Source: Chthoniobacteraceae bacterium (lineage in GTDB: Bacteria; Verrucomicrobiota; Verrucomicrobiia; Chthoniobacterales; Chthoniobacteraceae). Taken from it: a stretch of 63,556 bases of DNA. The first letter of the stretch is position 1; each line of letters begins with the position of its first letter. The notes under the pieces were generated by a model, which was given only the letters and a program-made list of their open reading frames with translations, did no database searches and was not told the origin of the DNA. The DNA is taken from contig JANNWY010000176.1 of the NCBI GenBank assembly GCA_031409335.1, positions 1-63,556 on the forward strand, given 5' to 3'. The position numbers were made by a program, and so were the translations under genes. Positions 29,046 through 38,593 of the stretch are shown here, in pieces.

Positions 29046-32006
29046 ATGAGTCTCGATTACCCTGAATTGTTCGAGCAGTGCTTGGCGAAGAACCGAAAGA
29101 TGCGCTCCGCCGTGGATGGAACAGTCGTGCAATTCAGTGCTTGGCTGAAAGATAGCAAATTGCCCTTTTTCACCGATTACACGGATCACGGGACCGATCA
29201 CTTGAACCGCGTGATGCTCACCGCAGCCGCGCTGATTCCGTCAGAGGCCATGGGGAAATTCTCAGCGGAAGATGCCGCCATTCTTATTGCAGCAATTCTG
29301 TTGCACGATTCAGCGCTTCACCTTAGCGAAGCTGGATTTTACTCGCTGATCAAAGGCGAGGCTGCTTCAAATCGAATCGAAGGCCTCGACAAAGCAGCGT
29401 GGCCAGATTTGTGGGATGAATATCTCTTTTCCGCGAAACGCTGGGATGACCAAAAACTGAAAGAAATCCTAGGTACAGATGAGAACGGGGCGATTCGGGG
29501 ATCTCCCCGCGATCCTTTCGATTCCTATCACAATCTCGCCGACACCGACCGGAAGCTCATCGGAGAGTTTATACGCCGGTATCATCCTCGGCTGGCGCAT
29601 GAGTTTGCGGTTTTTGGGGTTGCCGGCCCAGGGTCTTCCAAGCGGATAGCACTCTCGCAGGATTTCGACGCTTCGCTGTGCGACCTCGCTGGGTTAGTTG
29701 CGCGAAGCCATGGCCGACCGATACGGGCTTGTCTCGACTACCTCGCAATCAAACGGATTCCGCTCCGTGAGTTTAACAACGTACACGCCGTTTATCTCAT
29801 GGCGTTGATCAGGTTGGCCGACTACCTGCATGTCGAAGCCGACCGGACGTCAGAGGTCGTTTTTCGGTACAAACATATCCCCAGCGAGTTCTCCAAGCTG
29901 GAACACGCTACCCATCTTGCGGTCAAGAGCGTCACTCATGCGGTTGAAGATCCAGAAGCAGTTCACGTGACAGCCCACCCCGATGACGTCGAGACGTTTC
30001 TCCGATTGAAAGGCTGGCTTTCGGGAATCCAATCCGAGCTTGATCAGTCGTGGGCGGTTTTGGGTGAAGTCTACGGACGCTACGAACATGAAGGGCTGAG
30101 CAAGTTTGGGCTGCGTCTCCGACGCATCAGGTCAAATCTGGACGATGTTGAGAGCTTCGCTGCGACCGTTCGATACGTGCCGGAACATATTACCCTCGAT
30201 GTTGCTCGTGCCGATCTATTGAAACTTCTCATCGGGCCTTTGTATGGCGACGACCCTGGAATTGGTGTCCGTGAACTGATGCAGAATGCGGTTGACGCAG
30301 TACGTGAATTCCGGGAGTTCGTCGAGAGGCACCCACGCCTCAATCACGCCCACACGTTGAGTCAGAGCGCCGAAGTCGAAATCAGTTTAGAACCACCGGA
30401 TCGCACCGGAACATCGTGGTTGATCGTCAGTGACAAAGGGATCGGCATGACTGAAGAGGTTGTGAAGGATTACTTCCTAAAAGCCGGCGCTTCTTTTAGA
30501 AATTCTGAAACATGGAAGCGCGAGTTTGAATCCGATCAGCAATACGGGGCACTGGTGCCGTCTACAAAGTCTCGCGTTCTGCGCTCAGGCCGTTTTGGTG
30601 TGGGGGCTTTAGGAACATTCTTGCTGGGAGATGAAGTTCATGTTTCCACACGGCATGTCATGGCTTCAAAGGGTGTAAAGTTTGTTTCTAGGTTGGACCT
30701 AGCTCCGATCGAGATGCGGCACGACGAGTCACTAAATATTGGCACAACGATCAGGGTGAAGTTGCGACCGAAGGTTTATGATCGGCTTCAAAGCAAGAAG
30801 CCCCATCTCCGACAATCTTGGGACTGGTATTGCTTGGATGATCCACGAGTCGCAAGGCGGCTCGGTCCATCGAATCGAAAACTGGAGCAGCACACAGTAA
30901 TCAAGCTGAAGGATCTGGAGAACTATTCGCATTGGCGGAAGATTTGCCCGGTCGGGTACGAAGCGGTCTACTGGTCTTACGTGAACGCCCCTTCTCTGAC
31001 ATGCAATGGAATCCGAGTTGAAAAGCCGCATGCACGCAAGGAATTGGTCGACGAAAACGGCTACCGGCTTTCGGCTCCAAATCTCTGTGTGTTCGACCCA
31101 GATGGCGTTCTTCCGTTGAATCTACAGCGCGATAGCCTTGCTACGACGACCTATCCTTTTGAAGACATGTTATCCGAGGATGTGTCGAAAGATTTCCTGG
31201 CGTTTCTGATTGTTAATACTCCGTGCGGCGGCGCGTATGCGGAGACCGCCGGCATGCGAAAATACCCGGGATATTCTTCAGGAAAGTTTAGTTCAGACCT
31301 CGAAGTATTACCGTGGATCATTACCGAGGAAGGGATGTGTCCGTTTTCGACTTGGAATCTTTGGCGTTTAGATTTTGGAAGTTTACTTCTGCGAACCGAC
31401 TATCGCTACGGCGACGCGGTCCTCATTGATCCTCTGAAAAGCGTGCAAGGCTGCATTCCGGCATGGCTTTGGTTTAGGCTCGATGGCAATGCCCGCAGCA
31501 AGCGCTCGTTTCTAGTCGATTGGCTTCGTGACCTTACCTCCGAGCCGCTAGTAAGGGGTCGTTTGCTTGAGGGGAAGCGCCTCATCACAAGCTCCACGTT
31601 TGCCAAATACTTTACGAAGGTCACCACCTATCCCAATGGGATTAAGAGGCAGTTGATGAATGAGTCAGACGACGGAAACTACTGCTCTTTGGCAACACAA
31701 GGCTGCTCAAGCACCTTAATTGAAATCGGGGCGCTTCCAAAGCCCCTGGCGGCTGACACGTTCGAATCCGCGCCACCTATGCTAATAGAACTTTTCCTAC
31801 GAAAAGGAATCGAACCGAAGCAGACGGTTCTTGAGCGACTCTGGAAGGAAAATATCGAGTATCCCGTAATCCCGTTCGATTTGAAGGAACGCCGCTCAAA
31901 GCTCAGGAAGGCGTACGAGACCTTACATTCTTATATCGAAGCTCATGAGGCTAGCAATGCCAGGGCGCACGCACAGGAGTCGACGGAGGCCCCAGAAACG
32001 GAATGA
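29046..32006 (+). CDS. HD-domain (HD-CE-like) phosphohydrolase fused to an HSP90-like GHKL ATPase; putative conflict/defence protein
   Basis: YTDHGTDH, LLHD, IRRYH, SHG, RLADYL; RELMQNAVDA, DKGIGM, GRFGVG, GTTI; visibly lower GC than the flanks. Confidence 0.88.
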   Translation: MSLDYPELFEQCLAKNRKMRSAVDGTVVQFSAWLKDSKLPFFTDYTDHGTDHLNRVMLTAAALIPSEAMGKFSAEDAAILIAAILLHDSALHLSEAGFYSLIKGEAASNRIEGLDKAAWPDLWDEYLFSAKRWDDQKLKEILGTDENGAIRGSPRDPFDSYHNLADTDRKLIGEFIRRYHPRLAHEFAVFGVAGPGSSKRIALSQDFDASLCDLAGLVARSHGRPIRACLDYLAIKRIPLREFNNVHAVYLMALIRLADYLHVEADRTSEVVFRYKHIPSEFSKLEHATHLAVKSVTHAVEDPEAVHVTAHPDDVETFLRLKGWLSGIQSELDQSWAVLGEVYGRYEHEGLSKFGLRLRRIRSNLDDVESFAATVRYVPEHITLDVARADLLKLLIGPLYGDDPGIGVRELMQNAVDAVREFREFVERHPRLNHAHTLSQSAEVEISLEPPDRTGTSWLIVSDKGIGMTEEVVKDYFLKAGASFRNSETWKREFESDQQYGALVPSTKSRVLRSGRFGVGALGTFLLGDEVHVSTRHVMASKGVKFVSRLDLAPIEMRHDESLNIGTTIRVKLRPKVYDRLQSKKPHLRQSWDWYCLDDPRVARRLGPSNRKLEQHTVIKLKDLENYSHWRKICPVGYEAVYWSYVNAPSLTCNGIRVEKPHARKELVDENGYRLSAPNLCVFDPDGVLPLNLQRDSLATTTYPFEDMLSEDVSKDFLAFLIVNTPCGGAYAETAGMRKYPGYSSGKFSSDLEVLPWIITEEGMCPFSTWNLWRLDFGSLLLRTDYRYGDAVLIDPLKSVQGCIPAWLWFRLDGNARSKRSFLVDWLRDLTSEPLVRGRLLEGKRLITSSTFAKYFTKVTTYPNGIKRQLMNESDDGNYCSLATQGCSSTLIEIGALPKPLAADTFESAPPMLIELFLRKGIEPKQTVLERLWKENIEYPVIPFDLKERRSKLRKAYETLHSYIEAHEASNARAHAQESTEAPETE

Positions 32007-32009
32007 AAG

Positions 32010-32877
32010 CTGGGCCAAGTGCGTGTGCATCAAGCTCACGCGCGAGAGCGGCAGCGACGGGGACATCAGCGTGTATTTCGGCAAGGGCGTGACGCAGCAG
32101 GAGCAGGTGATCTTTGCCAACTACATCCACGCGCACCTCCAGACCTCCTGCGAGCAGGCGCAGCGCCTCCGGCACTACGTCTGCCCGAAGTGTCATGCGC
32201 CGAAAGGCAATGCGGAGGTGCTGATGAAGAAGCTGCTGCGCGAGAAGCAGAACGCCGACACGGAATGCGACGGCTGCGGCGAGCGCTTCCCGCTGTGGGA
32301 TGCGCTGGAGAAGAAGTTTGCCAGCGAGGCGGTGCGCGCGCAGGTCGAGCAATTGTAGGCCGATGATCTCGCGAAGCTGGATACCCGCCGACGCGGGAAA
32401 CTGCTGGCGCTGGAGGTGGGCGCGCGCATCACCAGTTCCGATCAGAAGTGCTTCGAGATTCCGGCCACGGAGGACGAGGGGCTGGATATGGAGCTGGAAT
32501 TCACCAATGACGACGGCGAAGGCACGGGGCGCCCGCTCTACCTGCAACTGAAGTCGGGCAATTCCCACCTCACGAAGCGCAAGACCGACGGCGCGGAGAT
32601 TTTCAGGATAAAAGAGCAGCGCTGGGTGGAATACTGGCTCCAGCAGCCGCATCCGGTGATGCTGGTGATCGGCACGTTCTCGGAGGACGACGAGCGGGCG
32701 CTCGGCAAGGACAAGCTGGAATTCGCCGACGTGCGCTGGATGGAGATCACGAGCGTGCTGAAACGCGAAAGCGCGAACGGGACGAAGCCGGTGAAGCAGA
32801 TCGAGTTCAAAGGCGAACGGCTCGACCTGAGCAGCGTGCGGCGGTGGCGGGAGCGGGTGCTGAGAAAGCACTCGTAG
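32010..32877 (+). pseudogene. 3' remnant of a Zn-ribbon + DUF4365 (PD-(D/E)xK nuclease-like) gene with an internal TAG
   Basis: CPKC...CDGC; in-frame TAG at 32356-32358; DEGLDMELEF...YLQLKSG; no good start codon; left boundary approximate. Confidence 0.75.
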
Positions 32878-33255
32878 CGCTCAAAGCGCCACGGCCTCGG
32901 CAAGCTGGCCGGACTGGGCGACGCCTTCCTCGACGAAGGGACGGAGGTCGCCAAGCTCGGGCGCACCACCGGCCTGACCCGCGGACGCGTGACCGCCTTC
33001 GACCTCGACAACGTGGTGGTCGGCTTCGACATCGGGAATCTGCGCTTCGACGATCAGATCGAGATCGAGGGCGCGGGCGACGGCCCCTTCAGCGACGGCG
33101 GCGACAGCGGCTCGCTCATCGTGGGCCGGGACAAACGTGGCGTGGCGCTGCTTTTCGCCGGCGGCGACCAGGGCGGCGCGAACGGCCAGGGATTGACCTA
33201 CGCCAACCCGCTTCGCGCCGTGCTCGACGCGCTGAAGGCGGACCTCGCGCTGTGA
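32878..33255 (+). pseudogene. C-terminal half of a chymotrypsin-clan (Nal1-like) serine protease
   Basis: VAKLGRTTGLTRGRV, FSDGGDSGSLIV, VALLFAG, YANP; the half containing the catalytic His/Asp is missing. Confidence 0.8.
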
Positions 33256-33325
33256 CGTTCCCGGCATTCGCGCACGACAACCGCCAATTGCTCCAGGCTC
33301 AAAAAAAGCTTCCTATTCGGAACGC

Positions 33326-33577
33326 ATGAACAAACACGACGCCAGCAGCGCGGGCTGCACCTTGGAAATGGCGAGAGCCGCCAAGGAGGAGGCGCATGGC
33401 GTCTTAGCGCGCCTCGCGGCGGTCGCGGGTGTCGGGATTACGCGGGTCGGGAGCGGGTATGGGTTGAAGATCAATCTGGCAAAGGAGCCGGACAAAAATC
33501 AGATGCTGCCGGCGGAGGTGCAGGGCGTGCCGGTGCGGATCGAAGTGGTCGGAGCGATCAAGAAGCAGGCGGCATAG
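33326..33577 (+). CDS. Small hypothetical protein resembling a protease pro/N-terminal domain
   Basis: VAGVGI...LKINL...LPAEVQGVPVRIEVVGAI. Confidence 0.65.
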   Translation: MNKHDASSAGCTLEMARAAKEEAHGVLARLAAVAGVGITRVGSGYGLKINLAKEPDKNQMLPAEVQGVPVRIEVVGAIKKQAA

Positions 33578-33669
33578 CGAAAGGGCGTCCCGCCTCCTGC
33601 GCCGGAGGCCACGCGCCGACATTCCATTTGCGCGGACCGGCGCGCAGGTGTGATACTCGACTCCCTATT

Positions 33670-35037
33670 ATGACTCTGACCGAAAAAATCCTGGCGCGCG
33701 CGAGCGGCAAATCTCGCGTGCAGGCGGGCGACAACGTTTGGGTGAATGTCGATGTGCTGATGACGCACGACGTGTGCGGGCCGGGCACGATCGGGGTTTT
33801 CAAGCGTGAGTTCGGTCAGGCAGCGAAAGTGTGGGATCGGAACAAACTCGTCATCATCCCGGACCACTACATTTTCACCGCGGACTCGATGTCGAATCGC
33901 AACGTCGATATTCTCCGCGACTTCGCCCGCGAGCAGGGGCTGCCTTATTTCTACGATGTGATCGACGACCCGAACGGGCACTGGCAATTCGACGCGTCGC
34001 GCGGCCAGCTCAAGCAGCAGTACGGGAAAAACTACACGGGCGTTTGTCACACGACGCTGCCGTGGAAAGGCCACACGCGGCCCGGCGAGATCCTCTTTGG
34101 AACGGACTCGCACACTTGCATGGCGGGCGCGTTCAACCAATTCGCGACCGGCATTGGCAACACGGACGCAGGGTTCATCCTCGGCACGGGCAAGCTGCTC
34201 ATCAAGGTGCCGGAGTCGATGCGCTTTTTCCTGGAAGGCGAGATGCAGCCGGGCGTGATGGCTAAGGATGTGATCCTGCACGTCATCGGCGACATTGGTT
34301 TCGACGGCGCGACGTATCGTGCGATGCAGTGGGAAGGGCCGGGCGTTTTCGCGATGAACATGGATGACCGGATGACGATCGCGAACATGGCGATCGAGGC
34401 GGGCGGGAAGAACGCGATGTTTCCCTACGACGAAAAGACCGGCGCGTATGTGCGCGAGCGCGTGGCGGAGAACGGGACGAAGAGCACGTTTGAGCCGGTC
34501 GAGTTGGAAGCGGATCAGTCGTTCATGTACGACAAAGTATTCGATCTCTCGAAGCTGGAGCCGACCGTCGCGTGCCATCCCGATCCCGGCCAGCGCAGGC
34601 TCGCGAAGGAGATGAACGTGAAGCTCGACCGCGCTTACATCGGCTCCTGCACGGGCGGGAAGACGAGCGATTTCCTCGCCTTCGCGCATGTCGTGAAAGG
34701 CAGGACGGTGAAGATCGACACGTTCGGCGTGCCGGCGACGACGAAGGTGGTGCAGGAGTTGAAAGACACGATGTGGGGCGGCGTGAGCGTGTGGAGCATT
34801 TTGGAAAGCGCGGGCGTGCGCATGACGGAAAACGCGTCGTGCGCAGCGTGCCTCGGCGGGCCGGTGGATACGTTTGGCCGTTTGAATACGCCGATGAAAT
34901 GCATCTCCGCGACAAACCGCAATTTTCCCGGACGCATGGGCAACAAGGAGTCGGAAGTTTTCCTCGCGAGTCCGTACACCGTCGCGGCAAGCGCGCTCAC
35001 CGGGAGGATCACCGACCCGCGCGAGTTTGTCAGTTGA
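33670..35037 (+). CDS. leuC: 3-isopropylmalate dehydratase large subunit
   Basis: MTLTEKIL, PDHY, GVCH, GTDSHTC, YIGSCTGG, CAACLG, TNRNFPGRMG. Confidence 0.95.
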   Translation: MTLTEKILARASGKSRVQAGDNVWVNVDVLMTHDVCGPGTIGVFKREFGQAAKVWDRNKLVIIPDHYIFTADSMSNRNVDILRDFAREQGLPYFYDVIDDPNGHWQFDASRGQLKQQYGKNYTGVCHTTLPWKGHTRPGEILFGTDSHTCMAGAFNQFATGIGNTDAGFILGTGKLLIKVPESMRFFLEGEMQPGVMAKDVILHVIGDIGFDGATYRAMQWEGPGVFAMNMDDRMTIANMAIEAGGKNAMFPYDEKTGAYVRERVAENGTKSTFEPVELEADQSFMYDKVFDLSKLEPTVACHPDPGQRRLAKEMNVKLDRAYIGSCTGGKTSDFLAFAHVVKGRTVKIDTFGVPATTKVVQELKDTMWGGVSVWSILESAGVRMTENASCAACLGGPVDTFGRLNTPMKCISATNRNFPGRMGNKESEVFLASPYTVAASALTGRITDPREFVS

Positions 35038-35055
35038 AGCGATAGACGAAGGGCT

Positions 35056-35553
35056 GTGTCGTTCGTGCGAACTAGAATTTGTGGGCGCTTGGCAGTCGCG
35101 ATGACCGCGGGCCTCCTCGCATCCTGTGCCAAGGAACTCGCGCCGCCCGGCAGTCGTTTCCTCGTTTCCGCGCAAAGTGCGCAATTTTTCAAATACGGAC
35201 CCGCGCAGAGTTTCGGCGCGGATTTCGTCCTGCCGAAAGGCCAGCGCATCATCATGCTCGATCGGTCGTTTGGCTTTAGTCGCGTGATGACGGACGACGG
35301 GATCACCGGCTGGGTCGCCAGCGAGGAACTCTCCCCCGCGCCGCCGGAACCGCGCCGCGTCGCAGCGAAAGGCGGACGCCGGAACACGGGCGGAGGATCG
35401 CCGCGCCTGTTTTCCGGCCCGCGCAAAAACAGCAACGTCGATTCCGTCCCCGGCGATCCGCTTTTCGACATGAGCGATCTGCCGCCGCCGATGACGGAGG
35501 AAGTCGCCGTGCCCAAACCAAATTTCCGAGTCAACGCACCGAAGCCAAAGTAA
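35056..35553 (+). CDS. Putative lipoprotein with SH3b-like domain
   Basis: Lipobox LASC; LPKGQRI...FSRVMTDDGITGWV; Pro-rich tail. Confidence 0.7.
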   Translation: MSFVRTRICGRLAVAMTAGLLASCAKELAPPGSRFLVSAQSAQFFKYGPAQSFGADFVLPKGQRIIMLDRSFGFSRVMTDDGITGWVASEELSPAPPEPRRVAAKGGRRNTGGGSPRLFSGPRKNSNVDSVPGDPLFDMSDLPPPMTEEVAVPKPNFRVNAPKPK

Positions 35554-35578
35554 TTCCCAATTCCTAACTCCTAAATCC
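35551..35578. repeat. Heptamer tandem repeat (TAATTCC-like x4)
   Basis: taattcc caattcc taactcc taaatcc, beginning at the stop codon. Confidence 0.65.
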
Positions 35579-35581
35579 CGC

Positions 35582-36127
35582 ATGAACGCCATCACCAGCC
35601 CCGTCTATGTTTGCCAGGACAACATCGACACCGACCAGATCATCCCCGCGCAATATCTGACGCTCGTGCCGACCATCGCCGAGGAATACGAAAAGCTCGG
35701 GAGCTATGCGCTCATCGGCCTGCCCGACGCGCTTTATCCCACGCGCTTCGTGCCCGAGGGCGGCATCAAAACTCCGTACCAGATCGTCATTGCCGGCCGG
35801 AATTTCGGCTGCGGCTCCTCGCGCGAACACGCCCCGATCGCGATGGGTGCCGCCGGAGTCGCCGTCGTCGTCGCCGAAAGTTTCGCGCGCATCTTTTTCC
35901 GCAACTGCGTCGCGACCGGCGAACTCTATCCCTACGACGCGAAGGAGCGCCTTTGCGAAAAAGTGAAAACCGGGGACGTGGCGACGCTCGATTTCGACCA
36001 CGACACGCTGACCGTGAACGGCACGACCTACTCGCTAAAACCGCTCGGCGAAGTCCGCCCCGTGATCGACGCCGGCGGCATCTTCAACTACGCCCGCGCC
36101 AGCGGGATGATCGCGGCAAAGGCATAG
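35582..36127 (+). CDS. leuD: 3-isopropylmalate dehydratase small subunit
   Basis: DNIDTDQIIPA, NFGCGSSREHAP, SFARIFFRN. Confidence 0.96.
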   Translation: MNAITSPVYVCQDNIDTDQIIPAQYLTLVPTIAEEYEKLGSYALIGLPDALYPTRFVPEGGIKTPYQIVIAGRNFGCGSSREHAPIAMGAAGVAVVVAESFARIFFRNCVATGELYPYDAKERLCEKVKTGDVATLDFDHDTLTVNGTTYSLKPLGEVRPVIDAGGIFNYARASGMIAAKA

Positions 36128-36148
36128 CGGAGCAACACGCGCGGTCAC

Positions 36149-37768
36149 TCAGGCTGAACCGAGCGATGCGCTGAACGGTAATGCGGTCGTGGGTTTTGCG
36201 ACCACGCGATCCGGCGCACGGCACGCAGGGCTCGCGGGCTCGCGCGCGAGGATTCCAGCGAGGTGCTGCGACAGTTGCATGATCCGCGCGCAACTTTCGG
36301 CGTGCCAGACTTTGGCGGTGCCGATGATGTTGCCGGCGACCAGCGGTCCCATGATGTAACAACCCGGGCTCGCTTCATAATCAGCGTTGATGACGAGGCC
36401 GCGTTTGGAAGCGTTCGGAGTGCAGAGCCTGCGGCGGATCAGGTTTTGCATCAGGAAGGACGATGTCTGCGTCACGTCCTGAAATCCGGCGCAACTGACG
36501 ATGACGGCAATCGGGGCGGCGATGATTTTGGGTCCCCCGGTTCGGCCTTCCAGATATTCGAAACCCGGCCCGTTTTCGCCCGGCGCGAGATATTGCGCGA
36601 AGCGGCCCTCGTGCAGTTCCAGTTTTCCCTCCGCGATCAGGCGATGGGCCACGTCGAGGTATTCCGGGCCCGCGCGGCGTTGCAGTTTCCCGATTTCCAC
36701 TCCGTGAATGGCGACAAATTTGTCCTGCTCGCCGCGCGTCAGGCGACCGAGGGCGGCGATCATTCTTTGCGAAATGGCGTGGTAAAGATCGGCGATGTTG
36801 AGCCCGTGCGCGGCGGCGGCGGCGACATCTTTTTCCACCGCGATCAGGATGTCCTGCGAGACCAGGGATTGGCGCTCCGCGAGGGCGTCCAAATGCGTGA
36901 AACAGAAATGAGTCGCGGGGATTTCGCGATTGATGCGATGGGGAAACGCGGCGTCCGGCGAGAGCATGAGGATCTTGTCGATCAAGCTCATGGCCTCGGC
37001 GGAGTCGGCGAGGTTGTAGAGCGTTTCCAGGGCGCTCGCATTCGATCCGATGATGAGCACCTGGCGGCGAGTGGATTGCCGCAGGCTTTGGCAAATGCGC
37101 TCGATGTTCGCGTCCAGCGACGGCTGATACATGTCGTCGATGAAGCACGCATCCGTGGACGTGCTGGCTCGGGCGATGCCGTGATACGGCGGGCTGCCGA
37201 CGGCGAGGATGACGCGCTTCGCGAGAATGGCGGCGCTCTCCCCGGAGTCCGGGACGACTCGCAGGAGGTCGCCGATCCGCTCGATGTCCGCGATGCCGGA
37301 GGCGACGAGCTGGCACTCGACGAGACCTTTCGCGACCGCGTCGTCGAGTGTGGCGGCGACTTTTTCGCGCAGGTAAATGCCGAACCAATAACGCGGCAGG
37401 TAAATGTCGTCCCACTGGCCGGCGGCGATCGCGCTGGCATTTTCGCGGTGCCATCGGGCGGAAAGTGGTCCGCCGGGCGCGGCGGCATTTTCCATCAGAC
37501 TACGGTGATTTTTTCCGAGCCACGCTTTGAAATCCGCGCGCTCCTTTTCATCGGGGATGAACTCTTTCAGCGGCGAAATGAGCAGCGATGCCCGACCGCA
37601 GACACTGCCGTACGGGACGCCCGACCAGAACTCACCCGAGTTCTCGAAAACGATGATTCGCACCGGCTTTGCAGGCCGATTTTCCGCCAGCAGCGCGAGG
37701 TAATGCCGGAGCGTGTAGGCGGTGGAAACGCCTGCTCCGACGAATGCGATGTCATAAACCCCGGTCAT
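36149..37768 (-). CDS. FAD/NAD(P)-binding protein
   Basis: AFVGAGVS, GVPY, PRYWFG, IIGSNASA, SCAGF, MGPL. Confidence 0.85.
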   Translation of the reverse strand: MTGVYDIAFVGAGVSTAYTLRHYLALLAENRPAKPVRIIVFENSGEFWSGVPYGSVCGRASLLISPLKEFIPDEKERADFKAWLGKNHRSLMENAAAPGGPLSARWHRENASAIAAGQWDDIYLPRYWFGIYLREKVAATLDDAVAKGLVECQLVASGIADIERIGDLLRVVPDSGESAAILAKRVILAVGSPPYHGIARASTSTDACFIDDMYQPSLDANIERICQSLRQSTRRQVLIIGSNASALETLYNLADSAEAMSLIDKILMLSPDAAFPHRINREIPATHFCFTHLDALAERQSLVSQDILIAVEKDVAAAAAHGLNIADLYHAISQRMIAALGRLTRGEQDKFVAIHGVEIGKLQRRAGPEYLDVAHRLIAEGKLELHEGRFAQYLAPGENGPGFEYLEGRTGGPKIIAAPIAVIVSCAGFQDVTQTSSFLMQNLIRRRLCTPNASKRGLVINADYEASPGCYIMGPLVAGNIIGTAKVWHAESCARIMQLSQHLAGILAREPASPACRAPDRVVAKPTTALPFSASLGSA

Positions 37769-38432
37769 TTTTCCACCCGATGGGAGCAGTTTCCGTGGCC
37801 TGCGGCTCCTTGATCTTGATGACGCGGCCCGGATTGCCGACCACGGTGGCGTAGTCCGGCACGTCGCGCAGGATCACAGCTCCCGCACCGATCGTACACC
37901 AGCGCCCGATTTCAACCTGCTGGATGACCACCGCCCCCGCGCCCACGTGCGTGCCCTCGCCCACTTCCACGTGGCCGCAGAGCGTCGCGTGCGGCGAGAC
38001 GTGTACGAAGTCTCCGAGCACGTTGTCGTGGTCGATGCTCGCGGCGGTATTGATGAGGACGTGCCGGCCGATGCGGGCGTCGGCCTGCACGACGGAGCCG
38101 TGCAGGATCATCGAACCCGCGCCGATCGACACGCTTTCCGCGATGATGGCGCTGGGATGGATCGCCGTGCCATAGGTCGCGCCGAGCGTCGCGGCCAGTT
38201 CCGCGCGCCGGCCATTGTGTCCGACGGTGATGATTATCGGCGCATCCAGTTTTGGAAATCCCGCGCCAAGCAACTGAACGCCGTCGCGCACTTCCATGAT
38301 TCGCAGTTTGGCAGCGGGCGGGTTGTCGTCGAACACGCCGGCAATGCTCACGCCGCGGCAGGTGAGAAGGTCCGCAACCACCTTCGCGTGGCCCCCTGCT
38401 CCGTAGAGATACATGCGCGCTGCGGTTTCCAT
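37752..38432 (-). CDS. NeuD/PglD-family sugar acetyltransferase
   Basis: YGAGGHAKV, IHPSA, hexapeptide repeats, IDHD, VVGNPGR. Confidence 0.93.
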   Translation of the reverse strand: METAARMYLYGAGGHAKVVADLLTCRGVSIAGVFDDNPPAAKLRIMEVRDGVQLLGAGFPKLDAPIIITVGHNGRRAELAATLGATYGTAIHPSAIIAESVSIGAGSMILHGSVVQADARIGRHVLINTAASIDHDNVLGDFVHVSPHATLCGHVEVGEGTHVGAGAVVIQQVEIGRWCTIGAGAVILRDVPDYATVVGNPGRVIKIKEPQATETAPIGWKNDRGL

Positions 38433-38593
38433 ACGTTTGTTAGAGCAAGCCAGGGAGCGATGCCGCGCGGATGAACAGGGGTTTTTTCACAAGAGCCCAA
38501 TTAGCCAGAAACTTCATTTCAAGGAATCGGACAAAGCGAAGAGAACGCAAAGTGATTTCCGCGAAACGCCGATACGACTGCTTCTGCACGATC

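Noticed and set aside
32356..32877. Genome-wide amber recoding or pyrrolysine
   Set aside because: TAG terminates ordinary genes at the expected positions here (leuD, the YfcE-like gene), and no pyl genes are seen.
33583..33620. Additional REP copy (GGCGTCCCGCC hairpin) before leuC
   Set aside because: Only a short fragment with no GTAG and no partner arm; too weak to call.
27676..33669. Prophage, ICE or IS-bounded island
   Set aside because: No integrase, transposase, phage genes, tRNA target or terminal inverted repeats were recognised.
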